Of a DNA stretch of 45,571 nt, positions 24,199 through 33,356 are shown piece by piece. The position numbers and the translations under genes were made by a program. Source of the DNA: a virus; the IMG/VR virus record IMGVR_UViG_3300045988_182896, positions 1 through 45,571 of that record; one strand, written 5' to 3'. The notes under the pieces were generated by a model that ran no database searches, was not told where the DNA came from, and saw nothing but the letters and a program-made list of their open reading frames with translations. Position 1 is the stretch's first letter. Every line of letters starts with the position of its first letter.

Positions 24199-25090
24199 CT
24201 TTCATATCATTCTTATCAACATATCCTGTTACACAATTTGACATTGGCAATTTACCAACATTAGAATCAGCATTTGTGATTCTATAACGACCATTCATTT
24301 CAATTCCATCATATATATAGTATGCACCTGTTTTTCTTGCCGCAACCTTCATTGTTGTTGAAGATACATAAAGTGGTGAATTACTAAGAATCACTCTAGT
24401 ATGTGCACTAAATGTTTGAGTCGTTTTACCAGTGTCACCCTGAGGTGTATTTTGATTTGCATTATTAGTTTTATTAAAACCATTCAAACCATTCTTCTTA
24501 ATTATCCCAGGATAATCTTTTGTTGATTTATTCATATCAACATTTCCAGTTATGCCGCTTACACTACCTTTAGATGTATACTGATGTATGCCAAAATTAC
24601 CAGTGTATGTTGGCTCTTCTCTCCATTCTGCAAGCCACGTATCATATTTTTTCTTTACATCATCATCAATTCTATTTAATAGCCAATCCTTATTAGCATA
24701 AACAGACACGTAGTAACCAGCAGATTCAACAGCTGAGCAAAAAGCTCTGATTATATCCGAAATCAATTGCTTGCCCAAATTTACTTGTGATGCGTCCTCA
24801 ATATCAAATACAACGGGATATTCAAATTGTTTACCTGCAATCCACGACAAAAACACCTGAGCTTCCTTTTTAGCATCTTCAACAGTTTTTGCATAACTAT
24901 AATGATATGCGCCAACTGGTATGCCAACAGCTTTTGCATTCTTATAGTTTTCTTCAAACTTTGAATCTTTTTGTGAACTTACCTTACCATATCCTGCTCT
25001 TATCATTGCGAATGCAATATTAGCAGCTTTAACTTTTGCCCAGTCAATAACTCCCTGATGCTTACTTACATCAATGCCAATATTAGTCAT
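24191..25090 (-). CDS. Endolysin: GH25 muramidase + C-terminal SH3b-like domain, 299 aa
   Basis: IGIDVSKHQGVIDWAKVKAANIAFAMIRAGYG and GAYHYSYA are GH25 signatures. Start set at ATG 25090, after AAGGAGG. Confidence 0.85.
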   Translation of the reverse strand: MTNIGIDVSKHQGVIDWAKVKAANIAFAMIRAGYGKVSSQKDSKFEENYKNAKAVGIPVGAYHYSYAKTVEDAKKEAQVFLSWIAGKQFEYPVVFDIEDASQVNLGKQLISDIIRAFCSAVESAGYYVSVYANKDWLLNRIDDDVKKKYDTWLAEWREEPTYTGNFGIHQYTSKGSVSGITGNVDMNKSTKDYPGIIKKNGLNGFNKTNNANQNTPQGDTGKTTQTFSAHTRVILSNSPLYVSSTTMKVAARKTGAYYIYDGIEMNGRYRITNADSNVGKLPMSNCVTGYVDKNDMKVG

Positions 25091-25493
25091 TATTTTCCTC
25101 CTTATCTTTAAAGCCAATATATTCTTGTTTTATCGTTTCTAAAACATTGCCAAATACACCATTTAACTCTGCAACAGTTCCATCAACAATAACGTTAACC
25201 ATTTCATCAGAAATGGTTATTCCTTTTTCTGCACACATCTTCTTAACTATTGCAACAGCTTCTTCTTTTTTCTTTTCACTTTCTGGTTTCTTTGTATAAC
25301 CAAGGTATTTAGCTTCTACTATATTTACGGCTTTTTTCACAAATTCAGAAATAGTAGCATATTCCTTTTCATTTGTTTTTGCTTGCAACCAACTTTTCAA
25401 TCTTTTCACAATATAAATTGATAACGCAGAAACAATTGCACCTAGCACAGAAATTATACCAGAAACAATAGTTGTCATTATTTCATTAGCCAT
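25083..25493 (-). CDS. Holin, LL-H family-like, 136 aa
   Basis: N-terminal TM segment (IMTTIVSGIISVLGAIVSALSIYIV), then a charged helical region as in LL-H holins. It lies directly upstream of the endolysin. ATG 25493 follows GAAGGTG. Confidence 0.65.
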   Translation of the reverse strand: MANEIMTTIVSGIISVLGAIVSALSIYIVKRLKSWLQAKTNEKEYATISEFVKKAVNIVEAKYLGYTKKPESEKKKEEAVAIVKKMCAEKGITISDEMVNVIVDGTVAELNGVFGNVLETIKQEYIGFKDKEENND

Positions 25494-25776
25494 TATTTTC
25501 ACCTTCTTTCAAGTTTAATTTTAGTAGGTTTTCAATCTGCCGCTCCTTCTCTCTAATTTGCACTCTTATGGATTCAGCTTCTTTATATACCTCATCCCAT
25601 GGATATGGCAAATCTAGCTCCATAGCTTCATACTGTTTATTCTTAATCGTTTTGTAGTCAGTGTCAGCAAATTTAGCTTTCAACTCTTCTATCTCTGAAG
25701 ACAATTGAGAAATAATAGCGTTGTTTTCTCCATTCTTCAAACGATTAACAACTTCATACGGGAACATTTTATTCAT
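25486..25776 (-). CDS. Hypothetical coiled-coil protein, 96 aa
   Basis: ORF track. It is translationally coupled on both sides. Confidence 0.5.
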   Translation of the reverse strand: MNKMFPYEVVNRLKNGENNAIISQLSSEIEELKAKFADTDYKTIKNKQYEAMELDLPYPWDEVYKEAESIRVQIREKERQIENLLKLNLKEGENNG

Positions 25777-27866
25777 ATTTTTGCCTCCTTATGCATCGAG
25801 ATTGTTTCTAACCAACTTCCTTGAGCTTTATTTAAAGTTTGTGAAACATCATAGTTATAAATTGGCGCAATTGACAATTTATTACCAAAATTTTTAAAAA
25901 GTGTGTGATTATTTGTTGGTGACTCCCATTTTACTTCTAATGCAGTCGGTTTATCATTCAAATAATCAATAACATACAACTTGTTATAATTATACGCAAA
26001 TAACGTCTTTTCACATATTTGCAACACACAAAACTGCAATTCATTTGAAAATAAATCTGTTTCTGTTTCAACCGTTTTTCTGTTAATTATACTAGCATCT
26101 TCAAAGCTTCTCCATAATATTTCACCAGCACTTGTTATGCAAACACATAAATCACTATCCACTAAACAATAAACAGAATGTTTGTTATTGTCTATGCCAG
26201 AATATGTTGTTGTTGTTTTACCAAATATTTTTATTTGCTCTATTCCATCTTCATTTAATGCTCTACAAAGTGTCTTTGCACCAGTAGCACTTATTCCATA
26301 TTTACCATTCCATATAGATTGTGCATTTGACCATACTTTACTACCAAATGTTACTCCAACTTTTGGCTCGTTTGCATTTGGTGCAAAAAACTCTATCAAT
26401 CCGTACGAATCATTATTTGCAACATTTATTGTCTGCTCACATGGACCTTGTGTATACATTTGGTTATTAAATGATGTACCGAGCATCTGTTGTTTATTAT
26501 TTTGTGAAAAATATGCATCTTCATATTTGCCCTCATTACAATAAGCAACATTACCTCCGACATAAAATCTTATATAAGATTCTGAACTTCCTATTTTGTT
26601 TGAGCCTATAATTAAAAATGAATATCTTGATTCACCATACGTATATTTTAGTGCTACAAATTGCCTATACCTGTTAGCTGCTAGAAATTTTTTGATTTGT
26701 GAAGCAATACTTGAAAAATCATCATATTCCTCAATGCCATCTTTTGTGTAATGTAATACTTTGTACGTAACTACATCGAACAGCATAAAGCCATCTGAAA
26801 CGGTTGCCATCATCCCCGAATTTACAGATATATATTCTCGCAAAAATATACTTGGGATTTCACCACCATCAAGTAATGAACTACTTGTGAGCCTTAAATT
26901 TATTTTGTTTGTGCTTGGTGAATACAATGCTAATATATTATCTGACTCTATCTTTGTGGCAATATCAAACAACGATACTTTTTCTTCTATATCAGATAGC
27001 ACGCTGTTAATTGCAGACACAATATTTGTTTTATCTTTTGTCTGTAACTCTTCTAAACTACCTATTCCAGATATAGATACATAATATATTGTTTTGTCAT
27101 CTGATTCAACCGATGTCACCTTTAAGTAACTTTCAGATGTTGTTAGCAACTTTACCTCATAACTTCTTTGTTGCCCTATTTCTATCGATTCCCATGGTTC
27201 CACATCTTGTTCATCTGTAGAATAGATAAGTGTTGTGTAAAACAAAATATTACCGACAAAAAGCATTATATATGCAAACTGTACGTCACCTTCTTGCTGC
27301 TTTAACACATTTATAATTGTACCCTCACCAAAACTAAAATATTCATCTGTTGGATAATTTATCACATTTTTCCCCAACTTGTATATCTTACTTTCCAAAT
27401 TACTAACTATTTCTGGATTCTGTAAGTCTATTGGTTCATTTTCGGTGCCATCTAATATAGCAACTATTTTATCGGCATCAGATTTACCAGAAAACTCTTC
27501 AAGCAGTTGTGCATATAAGTCTGGTGTTGGAGGAATTGGAGTTTTTGCAGTCGAACTAAATGCGGCTTTCTTTATATACGTTTCATAGCCAACATTTGTC
27601 GCTTTATCTGGCAATCCTGGCTTTGTACCAAACAAACTAATAACTATAGGTCCATCTTTTATTTCGCCAGGCAAATCACATACTCTCTTTTCACCCATAT
27701 ATATATTGATAGTTTGGCCAAATTGTATAAACTGAACGGTTACCAAATAGTCATTCCAATCTTCAGAGCAATCAAATTCTATTTTTACAAAGTTTTCACT
27801 TCCATCAGCAATATTTTTCTCTTTGCCAAACAAATGAATTGATTGACCATCCACTACCAATTTCAT
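25773..27866 (-). CDS. Large hypothetical protein (possible fibre/adhesin-like structural protein), 697 aa
   Basis: Long intact ORF. Its N-terminal ~100 aa look like an Ig/BppU-N-type beta domain, which is a weak inference. Its location between terL and the lysis genes is unusual. Confidence 0.35.
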   Translation of the reverse strand: MKLVVDGQSIHLFGKEKNIADGSENFVKIEFDCSEDWNDYLVTVQFIQFGQTINIYMGEKRVCDLPGEIKDGPIVISLFGTKPGLPDKATNVGYETYIKKAAFSSTAKTPIPPTPDLYAQLLEEFSGKSDADKIVAILDGTENEPIDLQNPEIVSNLESKIYKLGKNVINYPTDEYFSFGEGTIINVLKQQEGDVQFAYIMLFVGNILFYTTLIYSTDEQDVEPWESIEIGQQRSYEVKLLTTSESYLKVTSVESDDKTIYYVSISGIGSLEELQTKDKTNIVSAINSVLSDIEEKVSLFDIATKIESDNILALYSPSTNKINLRLTSSSLLDGGEIPSIFLREYISVNSGMMATVSDGFMLFDVVTYKVLHYTKDGIEEYDDFSSIASQIKKFLAANRYRQFVALKYTYGESRYSFLIIGSNKIGSSESYIRFYVGGNVAYCNEGKYEDAYFSQNNKQQMLGTSFNNQMYTQGPCEQTINVANNDSYGLIEFFAPNANEPKVGVTFGSKVWSNAQSIWNGKYGISATGAKTLCRALNEDGIEQIKIFGKTTTTYSGIDNNKHSVYCLVDSDLCVCITSAGEILWRSFEDASIINRKTVETETDLFSNELQFCVLQICEKTLFAYNYNKLYVIDYLNDKPTALEVKWESPTNNHTLFKNFGNKLSIAPIYNYDVSQTLNKAQGSWLETISMHKEAKI

Positions 27867-27869
27867 AAC

Positions 27870-29198
27870 TTAACCTCCTTTTAAACTATTTCTTTTTACT
27901 TCTTTCAAATCTGCCACATCATATCTATCAAGGCCATACCAAATTGCAGAAAATGTATGGGGGTCTATGTTAAATTCATCATATGATATTTCACCATTAT
28001 CATTCTTTTTATATGTTAACCCACTTAACTCTCTAATACAGTTTACACATTTAGGAGAGCAAATTATTTTTTTAAAACGTTTTATCTTCTTCGTATTTTG
28101 TAATCTACTACCATTATATTTTTTGCACTTTCGTATCTTAAAACCTTGCTTCTTATAGTATGCTATAGTTTTTGGTTCTGCAGAATCTGCAGTTATCACC
28201 CTTTCATTTAACCTATATTCTCTAAGCTCATCTGCTGTCTCATCGTCTGTCATATGGTTTTTATAATACTCCCAATAGATGTAAAGTATCTTATTCACAT
28301 CATCGACTGCCATTTTAACAACAGCATTATAACTCTCTTCAAAACCAAAATCCATTCCTATGAATCTTAATTTCTCTTTTGTTTGTCTTACGGCATTTAT
28401 AACCTCTTTATGCGTTTTAGCCACTTCAAATTGTGGTAAAACTTTCATACCATTTGTGCCAAATCTACCTAACCTAGCAACCCTATATAAGTCAACATCA
28501 TATTCCTTTAATTCATCTAGGCGTTTCCTATAACTCTTTGGGAGGAATACGTTATCATCTATTGTACTGTGGTGGTAATATACGCCATTCTTTACAACTG
28601 TTCTTCTTTCATACAATATTTTGTCATCTAGTCTTATACGCTTTTTTCCCTGTTCATCAACCCTAACAAAAAAATGCCTATATACCCAATTCTCTTTGCC
28701 AACTGGATTTGTAGACAAGATAAAATGTGATTGCACATCTGGGCTTCTCAAACGACCTAATAGCTCTTTATATGCCGCATATTTTATCTCCGAACATTCT
28801 TCTATCCAAACGATGGAAACACCATTTATTGATTTCAATTTCGCAGGCTTATCTAATCCTTTGAATATTATTCTACTACCGTTTGGAAACTTCAATTCCA
28901 ATGGTGATTTAACAGCAATTACTTTTGATTGCGCATCTAACTTAGAATTAGTCTCCGAAAGTATATTTAGTGTTTCACAGATTTCACAAAGCAAATCATA
29001 ACACGATTCTTTGATTGTGTCGAATACGTTTCGTACAACCAACACTTTTCTTTTTTCTTCCAAACATTTCAAAATCAACTTTAAGGCTATGTGATATGAT
29101 TTTGATGAACCATACCCACCAACTAGTAGATACGTTTCATAATCCCAGTCAAATATGAAATCTTCAAATCTCTCATTTACTGATTTTTCGACCAACAT
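27870..29198 (-). CDS. terL: Terminase large subunit (PBSX family), 442 aa
   Basis: Walker [11 protein letters not shown] plus the overall PBSX-type pattern ([20 protein letters not shown]). Confidence 0.85.
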   Translation of the reverse strand: MLVEKSVNERFEDFIFDWDYETYLLVGGYGSSKSYHIALKLILKCLEEKRKVLVVRNVFDTIKESCYDLLCEICETLNILSETNSKLDAQSKVIAVKSPLELKFPNGSRIIFKGLDKPAKLKSINGVSIVWIEECSEIKYAAYKELLGRLRSPDVQSHFILSTNPVGKENWVYRHFFVRVDEQGKKRIRLDDKILYERRTVVKNGVYYHHSTIDDNVFLPKSYRKRLDELKEYDVDLYRVARLGRFGTNGMKVLPQFEVAKTHKEVINAVRQTKEKLRFIGMDFGFEESYNAVVKMAVDDVNKILYIYWEYYKNHMTDDETADELREYRLNERVITADSAEPKTIAYYKKQGFKIRKCKKYNGSRLQNTKKIKRFKKIICSPKCVNCIRELSGLTYKKNDNGEISYDEFNIDPHTFSAIWYGLDRYDVADLKEVKRNSLKGG

Positions 29199-29343
29199 TC
29201 ATACTTTTGTCCTTTCATCTCATTCACCAGATTTAATTCTAAGATGTTTTTATTCTTTCGACTAATAACTATTTTACAAAAAATAAAAGAAACCCAACCA
29301 TAAAGGCTGAGCTTCAGTTAATCTGTTACTCTTTAATCTATTT

Positions 29344-29529
29344 TTACTTAGCATATGTATATGCATCATGCTTTTCTTCATCACCAAAAACAACTCTCTT
29401 ATTTAACCATGCATATTCAGTTCCCAAAGCTAAATTTATTCCTTCTAACATTGCTTGTGCTTTTTCAAAATCAAAAGATGCTATGACATTTAATCTTTTT
29501 ATTGTGTCTTTAGAAATTTTAACTTCCAT
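29344..29529 (-). CDS. Hypothetical protein, 61 aa
   Basis: It is the first ORF after promoter E. SD AAAGGAG precedes the ATG. Confidence 0.5.
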   Translation of the reverse strand: MEVKISKDTIKRLNVIASFDFEKAQAMLEGINLALGTEYAWLNKRVVFGDEEKHDAYTYAK

Positions 29530-29581
29530 TTTACTACTCCTTTTTCGCTTTTGCGTATAAGTTATTTTTTATTGTAATTCT

Positions 29582-29610
29582 ATTATAACACATAAATTTT
29601 AAAATGTACA
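29582..29610 (-). promoter_or_regulatory. Promoter E: -35 TGTACA (29610..29605), 17-nt spacer, TGT-TATAAT (29590..29582)
   Basis: Minus strand reads AAATTTGCAAAAACTATGTACATTTTAAAATTTATGTGTTATAATAGAA. Confidence 0.65.
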
Positions 29611-29648
29611 TAGTTTTTGCAAATTTTTTAAAAATAATCTAAAAATAA

Positions 29649-29897
29649 TTATGCCAACAATACACAATAAATTATGAATAACAAAAAGTTAACTAAAATA
29701 TTAAACATAACATAACATATTAAAAGTAAAATACAAATACAAAAAATAGAAATAGCTATATATATAGCTATATTATATATATTATATGATGCCATGGTAT
29801 GTTTTATTTTACTTTTTGTTCTGATACGTTTTTTCTTTGTTCCCTTATTATTATTTTTTGCTCCGTCACAAAAACAACTTTTCTTTTTACTCATCAT
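29649..29897 (-). CDS. Possible small membrane protein, about 82 aa
   Basis: Basic N-terminus, then a long hydrophobic stretch. The region is extremely AT-rich, so this could be spurious. The start overlaps the terS end. Confidence 0.3.
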   Translation of the reverse strand: MMSKKKSCFCDGAKNNNKGTKKKRIRTKSKIKHTMASYNIYNIAIYIAISIFCICILLLICYVMFNILVNFLLFIIYCVLLA

Positions 29898-30360
29898 TCT
29901 CATTCCTTTTTGCACGTGTGATTTTTATTTCAATATTTGTGTCTGGAACATCACCAGCTTCAATTTCACCAAGTAACATTCTAACCTCTTTTGCTGCATT
30001 AACATCACCATCAACAGCTTTTTTGTATAAGCTATTAACCAATAGCATTCTATTGCTAACCTCTTCCGCATCAATACCCATTGCTTCTAATTTTTTTGTG
30101 ACCTTTTTATCGAAAGCTGGAAGCTCTAACAACATTTGCATGCAGCTCTTCATTGTTTGCTTTTTTCGTCTAGCTTCACCGCTATTTATACCACCTTTCA
30201 CCTGTTGCTTCTTTACCTCCTCTTTATCCTTACGCATAGTTACAGGTATCATATTACCACCATATTTAGCACTTCTTCTTGTTGGGTTTGCACTTACTTC
30301 AACCCCGTCTATAATTACTGTAGGACCTTTAAACTTTTTCTTTTTTTGATTTTCAGTCAT
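29887..30360 (-). CDS. terS: Putative terminase small subunit / DNA-binding packaging protein, 157 aa
   Basis: It lies upstream of terL, has a basic N-terminal half, and its C-terminal VDGDVNAAKEVRMLLGE resembles small-terminase tails. The call rests on position and pattern only. Confidence 0.45.
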   Translation of the reverse strand: MTENQKKKKFKGPTVIIDGVEVSANPTRRSAKYGGNMIPVTMRKDKEEVKKQQVKGGINSGEARRKKQTMKSCMQMLLELPAFDKKVTKKLEAMGIDAEEVSNRMLLVNSLYKKAVDGDVNAAKEVRMLLGEIEAGDVPDTNIEIKITRAKRNENDE

Positions 30361-30410
30361 TTATACTACCTCTTTTACACAATACTTCCTTATAATATTC
30401 CTTTAAAATG

Positions 30411-30453
30411 CTAAGCCTAAATAAGGCATAATAAACACCAAATTTAGGCTTAG
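30411..30453 (-). promoter_or_regulatory. Perfect 12-bp inverted repeat (CTAAGCCTAAAT / ATTTAGGCTTAG, 19-nt loop) about 50 nt upstream of terS
   Basis: Read directly from the sequence. Confidence 0.4.
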
Positions 30454-30565
30454 ACTTTTTCGTAGCTGATTTAATTTTGGAATGGTTGTTGTAACAGGCG
30501 GATATTCATTTTTAAAATATAAACATAAAGCTTTGTCACAAGCGAATGCGTATATTATATATAAA

Positions 30566-30622
30566 AACGCAAAACTATAAAAATCAGCTACTTAAAATTG
30601 AGAGGGAATATCGTTTTGCGTT
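30566..30622 (-). terminator. Terminator-like stem (AACGCAAAAC / GTTTTGCGTT, 37-nt loop) followed by a T-run
   Basis: It starts right after the TAG of 30623..30904. On the minus strand it ends GTTTTGCGTTTTTATATAT. Confidence 0.5.
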
Positions 30623-30904
30623 CTAAACTAACCTTTCAAATACTACCATATATTTTCTACCATACAAAGAAGAAACGTATACAGATATCTGTTTTATCCT
30701 TACTTTTTTCATTTTTATATAAGAATTGATTTCGTCTGCCAAATCAAACTCTTCCACAAACGTTTCTGTAGCGAATTCATTTACTTTTACATTTTGCAAT
30801 TCTTCTAAATCTTGCAAAATTTGCTCATTTTTTAATTTTTCTTGCTTCAACTCTTCTTCTAATCTTTTATTTTTTTTCAATAATGCTTCAACATTCATTG
30901 TCAT
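30623..30904 (-). CDS. Hypothetical coiled-coil protein, 93 aa
   Basis: ORF track. Confidence 0.5.
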   Translation of the reverse strand: MTMNVEALLKKNKRLEEELKQEKLKNEQILQDLEELQNVKVNEFATETFVEEFDLADEINSYIKMKKVRIKQISVYVSSLYGRKYMVVFERLV

Positions 30905-31000
30905 TCCTCATTTACTTACAATTGTCATTTTTCATCTCTTCTCATTAAACTGGTGTCACCCTAATAAGCTTTTCATATTACCTTAATATCTTATATTACT

Positions 31001-31195
31001 TTACTCCTTAAATGCACAGAATCTAATATAGTCAATATTTTCATATTTCTTTTTTAGCATTGAAATTATTTTATCTACGCATTTTCTTTCGCACATTGGA
31101 GTGCATACTTTAGGACATTGCTCACATCTAAATGCTAATATTATTTTACTTTGTTCATTTATGTACTGCCGTTTTCGTTGACTACTTATTACCAT
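31001..31195 (-). CDS. Small Cys-rich protein, 64 aa
   Basis: ORF track. Cys pattern CEQCPKVCTPMCERKC. Confidence 0.45.
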   Translation of the reverse strand: MVISSQRKRQYINEQSKIILAFRCEQCPKVCTPMCERKCVDKIISMLKKKYENIDYIRFCAFKE

Positions 31196-31380
31196 TTATT
31201 ATCCTCTTTCTCGCTTCTATTAAGGCGGATTATTCAAATATTTTGGATGAAAACAAACACACTGGGGTGATGCCATAACTGTCTGTCTACAAAGCTATTG
31301 CCTTTGCCTTGCCTCTTGTCTCAGCAAAAAAACAACTTCACAAAATTCAATATCATTATTACGAATTAACCAAGCTTTCA

Positions 31381-31551
31381 TTAACTATTTACCTCACTTT
31401 CAAGCCATCGCTTAATATACTTTGTGCATACATAGCCGTTACTTTCACATAAATACATATCATTTGGACAATTAGGACAATCAAATATTTCGTTAAAATA
31501 GTCTGCCATTTCATCAATGCTCATTGACTTTATACGTTCATAGTTTGTCAT
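31381..31551 (-). CDS. Small Cys-containing protein, 56 aa (MTNYERIKSMSIDEMADYFNEIFDCPNCPNDMYLCESNGYVCTKYIKRWLESEVNS)
   Basis: Hand-translated and below the track cutoff. SD-like GAAGGTAA lies upstream. The N-terminal ERIK.MS.DEMA pattern recurs in Firmicutes phages as I recall. Confidence 0.5.
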   Translation of the reverse strand: MTNYERIKSMSIDEMADYFNEIFDCPNCPNDMYLCESNGYVCTKYIKRWLESEVNS

Positions 31552-31604
31552 TCTTAGTTACCTTCAACTTTCCAGCATACTTTTTAATCTCAATGTGACG
31601 GTTA

Positions 31605-31811
31605 TCAATTAGGCTTGTTATGTTGTTCATTATAGCTCTCTTCTTTAAATCTACGATATATTTCCGTGCATTTTGGGCATAGATGCTCTTTGCCTAATTG
31701 AGTCCAATCTTCTGGTAAAGTTTTAAAACAAAATCCAAATTCAAACTCCGTTTCTTCACGAGCTATAACGCCACAATGGTCACATATATAAATGGTTTCA
31801 CGTTTCTTCAC
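31605..31811 (-). CDS. Zn-ribbon protein, 68 aa
   Basis: CDHC...CPKC. GTG start preceded by AAGGAG. Confidence 0.5.
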   Translation of the reverse strand: MKKRETIYICDHCGVIAREETEFEFGFCFKTLPEDWTQLGKEHLCPKCTEIYRRFKEESYNEQHNKPN

Positions 31812-31908
31812 TTGTTTTCTCCTTCAAAGTCCATATTTTGCCCTGCTTATCAATAACATCATAGTTATCATAAACTTCATTGATTGATACATCGTCATTC
31901 CAATTCAT
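31798..31908 (-). CDS. Small ORF, 36 aa
   Basis: Hand-translated (MNWNDDVSINEVYDNYDVIDKQGKIWTLKEKTSEET). SD AAAGGAG lies upstream. Confidence 0.3.
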   Translation of the reverse strand: MNWNDDVSINEVYDNYDVIDKQGKIWTLKEKTSEET

Positions 31909-31986
31909 AACTTTTACTCCTTTAATCCGCTATGCAATTTCTATTCAGTTTATATATATCATATGAAATTGCTAAACAGTAGACAT

Positions 31987-32073
31987 TGGTGCAGATGACG
32001 GGACTTGAACCCGTACGATATTTCTATCAATGGATTTTGAGTCCATTGCGTCTGCCTATTCCGCCACATCTGC
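31987..32073 (-). tRNA. trnL-CAA: tRNA-Leu (anticodon CAA), type II with a long variable arm, CCA encoded
   Basis: Hand-folded: acceptor GCAGATG/CATCTGC, anticodon arm ATGGA-CTCAAAA-TCCAT, variable stem GATA/TATC, T arm ACGGG-TTCAAGT-CCCGT. Confidence 0.85.
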
Positions 32074-32121
32074 ATATAACCTGCACTCTTTATTTAATGT
32101 GTCGAGTGCACAAACACATGA

Positions 32122-32197
32122 TCGAGATAACAGGACTTGAACCTGTGACTTCGTACTCCCAAAGTACACGCACTCTACCAAACTGAGTTATATCTCG
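32122..32197 (-). tRNA. tRNA-Pro (UGG)-like paralogue with 2 extra nt between the D arm and anticodon stem; no encoded CCA
   Basis: Hand-folded: CGAGATA TA ACTC AGTTTGGTA GAGT GCG TGTAC TTTGGGA GTACG AAGTC ACAGG TTCAAGT CCTGT TATCTCG A. It may be a pseudo-tRNA. Confidence 0.55.
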
Positions 32198-32352
32198 ATA
32201 ATAATATTGAGCCAAAGGACTTTCACCTTTGGGAACAATGGTTGGATTTACATCTGCAGCTGTCTACCAACAGTCTTTCCAGGCGACTAACCATTAACTT
32301 CAGTTACATTGTTTTTTCATATCAACATATTTTAAGAAATTTTCTTTTCGGT

Positions 32353-32426
32353 CGAAGCTTTGAAAACTCGAATTTCAACCTTTCCCCTGACAAAACGGGG
32401 ACGTGCTATCCGCTACACTAAACTTC
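32353..32426 (-). tRNA. Aberrant tRNA-like gene with a 9-nt anticodon loop GUUUUGUCA (or a 7-nt loop closed by G.A, giving anticodon UUG, Gln)
   Basis: Hand-folded: acceptor GAAGTTT/AAGCTTC (one G.U), D arm GTGT-AGCGGATA-GCAC, anticodon stem TCCCC/GGGGA, T arm TGAAA-TTCGAGT-TTTCA. Only 1 nt separates the acceptor and D stems. Confidence 0.45.
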
Positions 32427-32706
32427 TAATTTCTGCTATTATCAATTAAATTATTGTACAGAAGATTTAATTGATTTTGTACGTAATAGCTATGTCAATA
32501 TGGCTTTATACTCACTACTCAACTATAACTATCATATAAGCTGTTCATCTAACTCCATTTAACTACTGCTGCTGCGTCCGAATACTAGTACCCGTAAATG
32601 GGTGATACAACAAAATCACTCGACCTAGATATTAGGCTTCGTAGCACTTATACAATATTTTAATTTTTGACCTTGTCAGTTATAAGTATAATTTGTTTTT
32701 AATAAT

Positions 32707-33165
32707 TTAACCTTTTGATACGTCTACTTTGTAATGAGATTCAATATAATCTAACTTATTTTTAAGTTCTCTAATCTCATCAAGCTTGTTCTCATAGAGT
32801 GTGAATACGTCAGGTTTGTCGTCATCTGAACTTTCTGAGTCTGGCTCTTTGTCATTAGCATGCTTAAACAACTCTCTAATGATATCCTCCAATCGACCGG
32901 CCTCAGATTCTGCAGTTTTAAGCTTTGTTTGAATTACGTCATATGTATCATTATCAAACTTACGGATTTTGTTCGTCATTTTAGAGAGTCTGATAGCATA
33001 ATCAAGCGCATCTCTTAATATACGCAGCTCGGTGTAGTCCTTGCCTTTGACATCCTGCCCTACAATAGACCGTTTTGCATACATACAAAGAATATCATCA
33101 CATTCTTCCAGAAGCCTGTAGGCTTCAGTGTACGTAGGATTAAAGTTTTTAAGATCGATATTCAT
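32707..33165 (-). CDS. Hypothetical protein, 152 aa
   Basis: ORF track. SD AAAGGAGAAG precedes the ATG. Confidence 0.55.
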   Translation of the reverse strand: MNIDLKNFNPTYTEAYRLLEECDDILCMYAKRSIVGQDVKGKDYTELRILRDALDYAIRLSKMTNKIRKFDNDTYDVIQTKLKTAESEAGRLEDIIRELFKHANDKEPDSESSDDDKPDVFTLYENKLDEIRELKNKLDYIESHYKVDVSKG

Positions 33166-33216
33166 GTTACTTCTCCTTTAATTTCAATGATTTATACTAT
33201 TTAAAATAGCCTATAA

Positions 33217-33293
33217 TGGTCGAGATGACAGGATTTGAACCTGCGACCTCTGCAACCCAAATGCAGCGCCCTGCTCAACTAGGCTACATCTCG
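33217..33293 (-). tRNA. trnP-UGG: tRNA-Pro (anticodon UGG), canonical cloverleaf, CCA encoded
   Basis: Hand-folded: CGAGATG TA GCCT AGTTGAGCA GGGC G CTGCA TTTGGGT TGCAG AGGTC GCAGG TTCAAAT CCTGT CATCTCG A CCA. Confidence 0.85.
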
Positions 33294-33356
33294 ATATATC
33301 ATCTACAATAGTATTTGCATCTTGATAAGTCATTTCTTTCTCATCTCATCATGAAT

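Noticed and set aside
31986-32186. 66-aa plus-strand ORF (MVQMTGLEPVRYF...)
   Set aside because: It is the reverse-complement reading of two minus-strand tRNA genes. TGLEP is the classic T-arm shadow.
32198-32340. A fifth tRNA suggested by a T-arm-like CCAAAGG-TGAAAGT-CCTTTGG
   Set aside because: The loop lacks the conserved T-psi-C (TGAAAGT instead of TTCRANT). No 5' strand pairs with the would-be acceptor GGCTCAA within tRNA distance. The upstream cloverleaf-like part is too short.
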